Of a stretch of 64,000 nucleotides of DNA, positions 1 through 10,731 are shown in pieces (the stretch's first letter is position 1; each line of letters opens with the position of its first letter). The position numbers were made by a program, and so were the translations under genes. The notes under the pieces are model-generated. The model searched no databases. It was given only the letters and a program-made list of their open reading frames with translations, and was not told where the DNA came from. This DNA is from the human T2T-CHM13v2.0 reference genome, Homo sapiens. The stretch lies in assembly GCF_009914755.1 (NCBI RefSeq), contig NC_060925.1; one strand, written 5' to 3'.

Positions 1-559
1 AACTAATGCTAATGCTTTATATTAAAAACCTGGGATTTTTTTTTCAGTGGCAATACACATTTATTTCTAACTTGAAAGTGAATATATGGGACTGTGTTTT
101 TATCTGAACAAATTTCCAAGTATATATTAACCAGTTAAGCAATTCTACCATTCCCTTCTCTCCATGATTGAATTTATTTTAGAACAAGTTTTGAGTTCCT
201 TTTGAATGTGACTGATGTTAGAAGTTTGAATCTAAATAGAGAGCTTTCTTGGAAACAAGGACATGTTTAGTATGTCCTTTATAGTGATGAATATCTTTAA
301 AAAAACATCTGTCATAAGTTAGCTAAATTATTATATTCCATCTTAGAGAAATGTCATGCTGAGGTAACTTTTTTTAAATGAAGTCATTTCTTAGATATCC
401 GTGCTGAACTTATTTTCAATGACTAAAATTTTAAAAAGTATTCATTCCAGAAATGACCCAAACTCCTTTGAATAAAATTACTAAAATCTCACTAGCTGGG
501 AACATGCATTCATTTTAAAAATGATCATAAATGTGTGAGGCAGTTTTCTACCTGACAGG

Positions 560-1740
560 AGATAAAAACGGATTAGTGAGCAGAGATCAGATCATGCAGA
601 GCATTGCAAGAAATATTAGAAATTTTTTAAAACTTTAACAAAGAAGAAGCTTCTGAAGAACTTGATAAAGGGAAATTATATAAGACTATATCCATTTTAA
701 AAAAGGATAAGTCAAGGTACAATTTGAAGACTAGACTAGGAGTAAAGAAGAATGGATTTCATTTATCCAGATGGAAGTGTGTTACTATAATCCAGAAAAT
801 AGACGACTGTATTAGGATAGTGAAGTGAGGGTGAAAAGGTGTTTAAATAAAGGTTGAAATAAATGTACTTACAGATTCAATAGAAGTAGGAGGCAACACA
901 AATGACTCTCAGATTTCAAGTTTGAGCAAATGCGTAATGAGTATTGCCATTTTATGAGTATACAGAACTAAAAGAGAAGATGCTGGGAAATATATAATGT
1001 ATATATTTTAGACATTCCAAATTTGAGATTCTTGCAGATATTCAGGTGAAAATATACATTATTATGTAGCTAAAAATATCATAACTCAAAAAAAGAAGAC
1101 TGGAAAAATAGATCAAATGTTGCATACCTATAGATTAATTAAAACTGTTGAACATATGAGATCACTTTGTATGGATGAAGAAGAGACCTGAGACAAAATT
1201 CTGTAAATTGCCTACATTCTGAAGAAGTCAGCAGAAAAGACTGAGAAGAACCAGCCAAAGATAGAAAGGGAAAACTTAGAAAGGGTGGTGTCTTGGAAGA
1301 TATGAAGAGGGAGTCATTCTAAAAAGGAAGTCATTTAAAGATTTCATAGTATTTGCTTGAAACTTAGAAGTTTCAAGTTTATTAGATTATCTAATGGCGA
1401 GCTCAGAATGAGCAACCTTAGTAAAGTGTTTGGGTATAGACCAGAAAACAGCTGGGAATAGAGTATGAAGTAAAAAATATATATATAAGCAGTTGTGAAC
1501 AATTTATTCCTGGAAATTTGTTATTGAATGAAAAAAATGGAAAAAGAAGTTAAAAGTGACAGAACACAAAGGAGAGTATTTTAAAGTGATCAAGACATGA
1601 GAATTTTAAGTGCTGGTAAAATATAATCAGTAGAGAGGAAATATTATGAGGTGAAGTTTGAAGAAATATAAGTTACGGCAAAATTCTCTGAGAATGTGGA
1701 TGGGAATAAAATCAAGAACAGGTTTTGATAGTAAAACAAT
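560..1740 (-). mobile_element. Degenerate L2 LINE fragment(s)
   Basis: Purine-rich tract with L2-antisense-like phrases (agatcagatcatgcagagc; aatgactctcagatttcaagtttgagc; cagcagaaaagactgagaagaaccagcca...ggtgtcttggaag). Boundaries approximate. Confidence 0.5.
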
Positions 1741-1762
1741 ATCATTTCAAAAAATATTTAGG

Positions 1763-2257
1763 GGCCAGGTACAGTGGCTCATGCCTGTAGCTTCAGCACT
1801 TTGGGAGGCCAAGGCAGGCAGATCACCTGAGGTCAGGAGTTCAAGACCAACCCGGTTAACATGGTGAAACTTCGTCTCTACTAAAAATACCAAAATTAAT
1901 TGGGTGCAGTGGCACATGCCTGTAATCCCAGCTACATGGGAGGCTGAGGCAGGCAGATCACCTGAGGTCAGGAGTTCAAGACCAACCCGGTTAACATGGT
2001 GAAACTTCGTCTCTACTAAAAATACTAAAATTAGTCGGGTGCAGTGGCACATGCCTGTAATCCCAGCTACATGGGAGGCTGAGGCAGGCAGATCACCTGA
2101 GGTCAGGAGTTCAAGACCAACCCGGTTAACATGGTGAAACTTCGTCTCTACTAAAAATACCAAAATTAATCGGGCGCAGTGGCACATGCCTGTAATCCCA
2201 GCTACATGGGAGGCTGAGGCAGGAGAATCACTTGAGTCCAGGAGGCAGAGGTTGCAG
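1763..2257 (+). mobile_element. AluS-type element with a triplicated 135-bp internal unit; 3' end and poly(A) missing
   Basis: Alu start ggccaggtacagtggctca at 1763. gatcacctgaggtcagg recurs at 1821, 1956 and 2091 (period 135). Right arm stops at gaggttgcag. Confidence 0.95.
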
Positions 2258-2328
2258 CCAGAGCAATCAGGTAAGAGAAAGAAAGAAAGGACATCCAAGT
2301 CGGTATAGAGGAAGTCAAACTGTCACTG
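2256..2328 (+). mobile_element. Short L1 ORF2 (RT region) fragment fused to the Alu
   Basis: agccagagcaatcaggtaagagaaagaaagaaaggacatccaagtcggtatagaggaagtcaaactgtcactg matches the L1 ORF2 segment encoding ARAIRQEKEIKGIQIGKEEVKLSL. A homologous stretch lies at ~12665-12735 in this window. Confidence 0.8.
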
Positions 2329-2437
2329 AATTTTCTTTTCTTATCCGATTTGTTTCACTTAGAATGCCTTCACAATAACTGTCTTATTCCTTTGAGGTTC
2401 AAGTACTATCATATACCTAAAGTCGTCCTTAAGCTGC

Positions 2438-2578
2438 ATATATATATATATATATATATACATATATACACACACACACACACATATGCAGCATATATAT
2501 AATACATGTATATTATATATATATATAAACATATATATGGAGAGAATATATATAGTTGATAAATATATACATATATAT
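2438..2578. repeat. (TA)n/(CA)n compound microsatellite
   Basis: Directly visible TA and CA runs. Confidence 0.9.
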
Positions 2579-2620
2579 GCTTTTTAAAATTATCTCTTTT
2601 GTTCTATCTCTCATCTGTTT

Positions 2621-2747
2621 GACACTTAGCAGACCCCACCTGGTGCTCTGTGTAGTATAGATACAAATAAAACATAAATAAGAGACACTTAGCCGACCCC
2701 ACCTGGTGCTTTGTTTAGTATAGATACAAATAAAATATAAATAAGAC
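2621..2747. repeat. 63-bp tandem duplication (2 copies)
   Basis: gacacttagc(a/c)gaccccacctggtgct...tagtatagatacaaataaaa(c/t)ataaataaga at 2621 and 2684. Confidence 0.92.
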
Positions 2748-2953
2748 ATTTAGATTCAGGCAGATATTCTTTGGTGGTGACTAAACTTGGCATTGTGTCT
2801 AGTTGTTTCAGTGCTCTAAATTTAGTTTTGAGATCTGCAAAATAAAGACTATACATATTGTTTCAATATTCAAATGAAGTATCATATGAAATACCGAATA
2901 AATGCTAGTTCCTTCCTAGAGAAATTTGGAGAGCAGAAATCGGTAAAAGCAAA
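2748..2953 (+). repeat. Local dispersed duplication of 5024-5139 plus 5637-5702 (MIR-derived sequence)
   Basis: Hand alignment: 2748-2864 vs 5024-5139 about 85% identical; 2887-2953 vs 5637-5702 about 90% identical. Confidence 0.88.
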
Positions 2954-3629
2954 CAGTATAGTATTTGTATCTATTATATATATTTAATATACAATATTCC
3001 ATTGTGTTTGTAAATATAGAAAATATGTATTTTTTGATTTTATGTATATTTTCTACACCCAGAGCATTGAAGTTGTTTATTTACAATAATATTGGCATAT
3101 AATCTTTGTTTAATCCTGTGTGTTCTGGGGATGTATGGATGACAACAAAATTCAATGTTTATAACACGGATGTAATAAATAAATAAATGGAATAGCACAA
3201 ATAAAATAAATAAATAGGATGACAATGTAAATAGATCTATGATAAACAGCACTCTTGAAAAATAGTAGCAGTGGTTAATTTTAATAGGCTTCTTTACACA
3301 GATCACCTAAATTCCAAGAGGTGGATGTAGTATGTAGAATTTCATAAAATTATATTAACATTAGAAATTTTAAAAAGCATATGCAGATATAGGGAGATCC
3401 TGGTGTTCTATGGAACATACGTTGAAAAATGCTGTATCCAAAGAAGTTGGGAAACAAAATAGTCAATAAAAGCCAAGGATTATTAAGAGTTCAGAGGTTA
3501 TCTAGTTCAGTGTTTTCAAACATTTCCACCTACTGTTCCACACTTCACAAGCACAACACATTTGTTTTAGTAATATGCTTTATTACCCACAGTGGTTCTC
3601 CAGTGTTCATCTGAGTGAGAATCTCTCAT

Positions 3630-3760
3630 CTTGCTAAACCTCATTTTACAGAAGCTCAAAAATTGAGGAACTTCTCCAATATCACATCGTAATATGTGAC
3701 TGAGTTTAGGGTGAAACACAGTTACACTAAATTATAATTTAGAGTTCCTAATATTACTCT
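3630..3760 (-). mobile_element. MIR fragment
   Basis: cctcattttacaga...gctcaaaaattgaggaacttctccaatatcaca resembles the antisense MIR core. Confidence 0.45.
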
Positions 3761-4069
3761 TGTATTCTTCCTCTTTCTAATTACAACTACTATACAATTT
3801 GGATCTGTTAATGTTATCTGGTAACTTGACTGTTTTTTATCAGTTGAACTCTTGTAGTTAACTCTGATTGGAACTTGAGAGTGGTGTCCATGTAAATCAA
3901 CAGGTAAATGCGATGCTTTATATGAAGATCTAGATAGTGTAACTAGGAAGAAAATTGGTTTAACCTTCTGAGAATATGGAAATCCATAGGCATTGTTTTG
4001 AATTCTGGATGAAGCAGAGCATTACAGAAAAACTAAAATATATTCAGAGTAATTTGTCTAGAATGGGAA

Positions 4070-4500
4070 AGAGTTTGAAAACACTAAATAGTTGAAGGAT
4101 TTGAGGATTTTTAACCTGGAGAAAAAAATAATTTTGAAGGTACATGATAAAATGTTTCATAATTATTAGGATTAGGATGTTTTCAGCATCCCTGAAGCTC
4201 CTAAATTTTGATGAGTTTTTAAATTGTGGATACAAGTTTGAAGTAAGTATTCATTTACTTAGTGGGTAGAATTGAAATCAAGATGTGGAAGATAGAAGGA
4301 AAAAAGATTTTGACTGATTGCCCTTGGATCATATTAGAATTGCCCTCAAAATATAATGGGTTGACTTTAGGAAGAGATTTCTCTATCACTGAAATATAAA
4401 ACTAATTAACAGTAAAAGATGAATTACAGATGTGAACCTGATTAGTCATACTATGACCATAATGTTCCCTCAAGTTTCTGGGAATCTAGTATTCTATTCT
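4070..4500 (+). mobile_element. L3/CR1 LINE 3' fragment
   Basis: ttgaaggatttgaggatttttaacctggagaa... and a terminal gttccc...ctgggaatctagtattctatt typical of CR1/L3 3' ends. Confidence 0.55.
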
Positions 4501-4994
4501 TAATAAGAGAACATTTTGGCATGTCAAATCTTTAAAAATTTATTACTAAACTAATGTTAAACTCTACTCACTTTGAAATCCATCTTTTAATACTGTCACC
4601 TAATAATTTCTCAATATACTTTTTTCCAATATCACTTGAGCTCTCACCTTACTGGGAACTGTTCCCTATTTAAAGAGCATTGGCCAAATGAAATGCTTAC
4701 CAAATCACAACACTAATCATTTTATCTTGTGCTATAATTTAACTTTAAACATTTCATCTGCTAATTTTTACTTGTCAAGTTATCTATTCCCACTTTGAAT
4801 ATATTTAAGATATTACATTTTGCTTTTTGCTTTTCCTTGTTAAATATTTTCCATCAAGAATGAAATTGGATAGAAAAAAAAACCCATAAACTACCCCAAA
4901 TATAAGGTGCTTTTGAGTGATCTACACTTCAAATCAGTGTAACCATAAATCTTCCACATCCTGACTGAAACCAACAGATATATACCAAGTGATA

Positions 4995-5139
4995 GCACTG
5001 GAGTGTAATGGAAAATGCACTGAATTTAGATTCAGGCAGGAATTCTTTGACAGTAACTAAACTTGTCATTAGGTCTGGTTGTTTTAGTGCTCTAATTTAG
5101 TTTTGATATCTGCAAAATAAAGACAATATGTATGGTTTC
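4995..5139 (+). mobile_element. MIR 5' portion
   Basis: gcactggagtgtaatggaaaatgcactgaatttagattcagg resembles the MIR tRNA-derived head; core ...tttgatatctgcaaaataaagacaat. Confidence 0.5.
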
Positions 5140-5257
5140 TGGATGGATTCTGCAATAGTCTCTTAATAAATGACCACTCACTTCACACAGGGACTTTAAA
5201 GGTATTTCAGAGACATAAACCTGAACCTGTTATTCTTAGATTTAACTGTTCAGTGAC

Positions 5258-5620
5258 TGTATTAGTCCATGCTTACACTGTTGATAAAGACATACCTGAG
5301 ACTTGGCAATTAAAAAAGGACAGAGGTTTAATGGACTCACAGCTCCATGTGGCTAGGGAGGCCTCATAATCATGGCAGAAGGCAAGAGGCATGTGTCACA
5401 TGGTGGCAGACAAGAAAAGAGAATTAGAGCAAAGAAAAAGGAGATTCCCCTTATAAAACCATCAAATCTCATGAGACTTATTCACTACCATAAGAACAGT
5501 TTAGGGGAACGGCCCCCATGATTCAATTATCTCCAACCAGTTCCTTCCCACAACATGAGGGAATTCTGGGAGCTATGATTCAAGATGGGATCTGAGTGGG
5601 GACACAGCCAAACCATATCA
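5258..5620 (-). mobile_element. THE1 (ERVL-MaLR) solo LTR
   Basis: tgtattagtcca...gacatacctgagac...ggggacacagccaaaccatatca is the reverse complement of the THE1 LTR. 363 bp with TG...CA ends. Confidence 0.92.
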
Positions 5621-5787
5621 TTGTGTGATATGTTTGTGAAGTACCAAATAAATGCTAGTTCCTTCCTACAGATTTTGGAGAGCAGAAATTGGTAAAAGCA
5701 AATGCACAATTTAAGATTGTTTAGAAGGAACTTGGATTTTAAAAAAGTAATTTCCATTTAATCCATTTAATTTAGAACATAAAGAAC

Positions 5788-6245
5788 CTTCCTTCCTTCC
5801 TTCCCTTTCTTTCTTCTCTTCTCTTTTCTTTTCTTTCTTTCTTTCTCTCTCTTTTTTTATGTCTTTCTTCTTTTCTTTCTTTCTTTTTTTTTTTTTTTGA
5901 AATGGAGTCTTGCTCTGTCCCCCAGGCTGGAGGGTAGTGGTGGGATCTCGGGCTCACTGCAAGCTCCGCCTCCCAGGTTCACACCATTCTCCTGCCTCAG
6001 CCTCCCGAGTAGCTAGGACTACAGGCACCCACCACCACACCTGGCTAATTTTTTGTATTTTTAGTAGAGACGGGGTTTCACTGTGTTAGCCAGGATGGTC
6101 TCGATCTCCTGACCTTGTGATCCACCCACCTAGGCCTCCCAAAGTGCTGGGATTACAGGCATGAGTAACCACACCCAGCCCTTCCTTCCTTCCTTCCTTC
6201 CTTCCTTTCTTTTTCTTTCTTTCGTCTTTCTTTGTCTCTTTCCTC
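5788..6245. repeat. CT-rich microsatellite (CTTC/CTTT) split by an AluY
   Basis: (cttc)n and (cttt)n at 5788-5883 and 6181-6245. Confidence 0.8.
5884..6180 (-). mobile_element. AluY
   Basis: Antisense AluY diagnostics: caagctccgcctccc, ccattctcc, gtgttagccaggatggtctcgatctcc. Confidence 0.92.
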
Positions 6246-6372
6246 TTTTTTTTTTTTGAGACAGGGTCTTGCTATGTTTTCCATGCTGATCTCAAACTCC
6301 TCAACTAAAATGATCCTCCCATCTCAGCCTCCAGAGTAGCTGGGATAACAGGTGTGTACCATCATGCCATGC
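6246..6372 (-). mobile_element. FLAM-like Alu monomer
   Basis: Poly(T) followed by gagacagggtcttgctatg...tgatcctcccatctcagcctcc...gtaccatcatgcc; single arm only. Confidence 0.75.
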
Positions 6373-9051
6373 AGATAATATTTCTTATCTAGTAATAAGG
6401 AGGAAGCAACTTTTTATAGTTTTACTATACTGATACACATAATGACAAATGGATTTTCTTAGTTAATAGCTATAAAGAAAAAAATAAGGAATAAAGAAGG
6501 AAATATAGCTCCAGAAAATCAGGAAGATGTATCTGACACATTGTGGAAACCCATTTTGGGAAATTGTGGCAATCATAATTATACAGATATTAATATAAAG
6601 TATAACAAATTAATAGGATGTTTTCTAGAACTACTAAGAAATTGTGGCAAAATATAATTTGGCTACCCTGATGATGTGCAGTGGTCTTTTTACTGAGCTG
6701 AACAATATAGTAGATATCACCTTGATAGAAATAGATTAAACATGCAATTGCAAAAATCAATTGAAATTTGAAAGGAAAGTCCGACTACTGTTGGGATGTT
6801 TATAACTTAATAGAATTTTTGTAGCACTATAGTTAATGAACTAATATAAGAGATTCTTGAAAATTGTGTTTATGTCGAAATCCTTATTGTTCTACCTATA
6901 TAAGACAGTGGAAGGAATTCAAAATAATGGCAACTTTTTAAAAGTCAATAATCCTGCTGGGTTTTTCTGTAATGTTTTGGAAAGAGAAGGGGAGAAAGAG
7001 AGTGAGAGAGACAGGAGAATATTATGAATTGATGTTTTTGTTATTGTTGACTGCATCCATCCAGCACAACATTGCTAATGCTTTAATTTAGACTCTTTAT
7101 ATTCTTGTTCCTGCCACCACAATGATTTTATTCCCAACTGGCCATTCATTCCTCCCACAGGACCTAACAAAGCCCTCATTCTCACCATCCATAAAACCAC
7201 CAAGAACAATATTTCCAGAACCCATGTCTCATAAAATAATAATTTGATTAAAATTACCCAATGGGTTCATATCATTTGAAGAGAACACTCAGAAACCTTT
7301 AACATGTCATCGTAACTGCTACAACTAGTCACTTCAGAGTGATTACCTTCAAGTATCACCCACCTATTCCTTTCTTCTTTTATGCTTTTCATTGTGACCT
7401 ATGGACAGATCATTAAACACAACACCGTACATTCAAGATGTCTTTTACAAAACATTTTCCTCTACTTGTAATATTATTAGTCAATTTAACTATTTTTACT
7501 CAGTTCTCAAGCACCACTTCAATTAGTCTCTTTCTCCTCACCACTCCCATCCTGCTCTAATGAGCAGAGCTCATCACTCTGTCTACTAGCCACCACTGCA
7601 CACATGATGTCTATGTGCATTGCCTGATCTTTCATCCATTTTTATAGTAATATTCTCTAGTAGGTTGAACTCCTTAAGGCAAAGACCAAAGCTCCCTTAA
7701 TTATATCGCCTAATATCTATGGCAATTTATCTTATTTAATATATTCTCAGTCAAGGGATATTAGTTACATGAAGAAATGATGAATTAATGCTTTTGGTAC
7801 TCAAAAAAGGGAATAAATTCCTGGTACTCTGATTTTAATCAAGTAAATGTAGTCTCTCTGCCTTCTCCCAACCCCATCCTCAGCTATGAGAACTTCTCAT
7901 AGGTGATTTGCTTAGAGAAAGTGCTTTTAACATTGTTTCAAGGACTCACTCAGATGCTCCAAAAAATATTGTTAGGGAGAGAGACAAAATAGCCAACTAG
8001 ACCCAGCCAGGAAGTGCTGCTCTCACGGAGAGAAACACAAATATCGAGTAAATCAACATACTTTGAACAGATTTCTTCAGAGTGAAAAACTGAGAGTCCA
8101 TACAGAAGCCGAGGCTGAAGAGGGAGGAAGCCAGGAACTCTGCATGGCGTTGCTAAACTTCAGGGCTAGTTCCCAGCCCTGACCCTAGGGAAAGAGTGAG
8201 AGAAGGGATGGCAGGGCAGCCCACTCTCACCACAGATCTCTGGGACTCTAGCTATAGGAAATTCCATGCCCTCCCAAGATATTTCAACTGGTTAGGGGAT
8301 CTGCCTGGAGGGGAGGCAGAGGCAGAGTTCGAAGTTTCATGGAGCCTAGGGGCTTTTGTGCATGGGGAAGTTACAGTGGAATGTGGCCAAAGATGCCTAT
8401 CCCCCAAGGCTCCCCATCTTCCTGAGCAGCTCCAACCCCACTGACTGTCAGACCAAAAGACAGCAGGGCCGACTTTCCAGTGGGACAGGGACACGTCTGT
8501 TCTTCAGGCCCTCCTGACTGCCAGCCCCTCCTAAGACCACTGCCTGGCCGCTCCCACAGGAGCATGTGCACAGCACAACCACCACTGCACAGCATGGGTG
8601 CTTTGTTGGCAGCAGCTGAGGAGCACTTCAGATCCCACAGTGCAGCCAGGGTCCAACCCCAAAGGACTGGAAGGTGGATTTGGTAGGCTGGTCCCAAAGC
8701 CCAAGGGCTGTAGCAGGTGGCTCAGGAGTGCCAAGTGGAGATCTGTTGCCAATGCTCAAGTTGAGGAGGAGCTCCCACTTTCTGAACACTGAGAAGGGTG
8801 AAATGGGCAGGTGCAGGAGCAGGGTATGCCTCCCTCCACAGGGCTGCTCTAGGAAGGTTATAGCCTGTTCGCCAGTTGGCCTCTGATAAAGGGAGCCTCA
8901 TGGCCTGGAACGGCTAACAAAGGAAATGTGGGTGCAGTGCCAGTGATTGGAGGGGGCTCCTCCAAGGTCCAGGAGCAGACCTGGTGGGGGTCAGAGCCCC
9001 CCAACCACCACCACAGAACACTGTCGCTAATGCTTTGAAATACAAAAGAGC

Positions 9052-9373
<322 letters not shown>

Positions 9374-10683
9374 GAAATACAGAAGAGCCATGAGGCAATG
9401 TAAGAGCCTATCTGCTGGCCATTACACTTAAGCGCCATCTCCTGGATTGCATCCCAAATGGCAACAAAAAATTCAGCCAATAAATAATCACCTGTTTAAA
9501 CCAGGTCAAGAATCCAGTTACAAGAAAATTCTCTACAGAGCTTTGGCCCACTGAAAGCACACAAAAATGAAGCCAACTGACTATATTTGACTTACATCAC
9601 AGGAAAAGGACCACTAGTCCTCTCAGATGAAAAGGGATCAGCACAAGAATGCTGACAATTCAAAAAGTCAAATGTCTCTTTACCTCCGAACAAGTGCACC
9701 AGCTTCCCAGCAATGGTGCTTAACCAGATTGAAATGATTGAAATGACAAAGAATTCAGAATCTAGGTGTCAAAGAAGCTAATAAAAATACAGTAAAAATT
9801 CGAAACACAATCCAAGTTATCCAAGGAATCCACTAAAATGATCCTAGAGCTGAAAGGTGAAATAGCCATTTTAAGAAAGGACCAAACTGAACTTCTGGAT
9901 TGAAATATTAACTACAGGAAATTCATAATACAGTCAGAAGCATTAACAGGAGAATAGACCAAAGTGAAGAAAATATCTCAGAGCTTGAAGACTAGTTCTT
10001 CAAATCAACTTGGTAAGACAAAACATTTTTAAAAGAAATTAAAAATAAATAAAACCTCTCACAAATATGAGATTATGTAAAGAGACAAAACCTACAACTC
10101 ATTGGCATTCCAGAGAGAGAAGGAGAGAGGGTAATTAACTTGAGAAACGCTTTTGAGACTATAATCCATGGAAATTTTTCCAATCTCACTTGAGAGTTTG
10201 TCATGAAAATTCAAGAAATACAGAGAACCCCTGTGAGAAACAATATAAGAAGACCATCCTGAAGGTACATAGTGATCAGATTCACAAAAATCAACATGAA
10301 AGAAAAAATCAAAGGCAACTATAGAGAGGAATCAGGTCACCTACAAAGGGACACCATCAGGCTAGCAGCAGACCTCTCAGCAGAAGATCTACAAACCATA
10401 GGAGGGAGATTAGGACTCTGTTTTCAGCACTCTTAAAGAAAAAATAATCTAAGCAATAATTTTCATATTCTGCCAAACTAAGATTAATAAGTGAAGACAA
10501 AATAAAATGTCTTCCAGACAAGCATATATTAAGGGAATTCATTACCACTAGACCAGCCTTATAAAAGGTTGTTAAGGGAGTACCAAACATGGAAACAAAA
10601 GAATGATACCTGCTATAACAAAAACGGACACTATAAAATAACTACACTATCCAATTGACAAAACAACCAGCTAACAACAACAT

Positions 10684-10731
10684 GACAGGATCAAAATCTC
10701 ATATATCGACAGGATCAAAATCTCATATATC
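10684..10731 (+). repeat. Perfect 24-bp tandem duplication at the L1 ORF2 start
   Basis: gacaggatcaaaatctcatatatc x2. Confidence 0.95.

Noticed and set aside
1747-2298. 183-aa ORF with a threefold 45-aa repeat
   Set aside because: It is an antisense translation of the triplicated Alu and gives a typical Alu-derived peptide.
1763-2747. Regularly spaced repeats resembling a CRISPR array
   Set aside because: The units are head-to-tail with no unique spacers, and the DNA is human.
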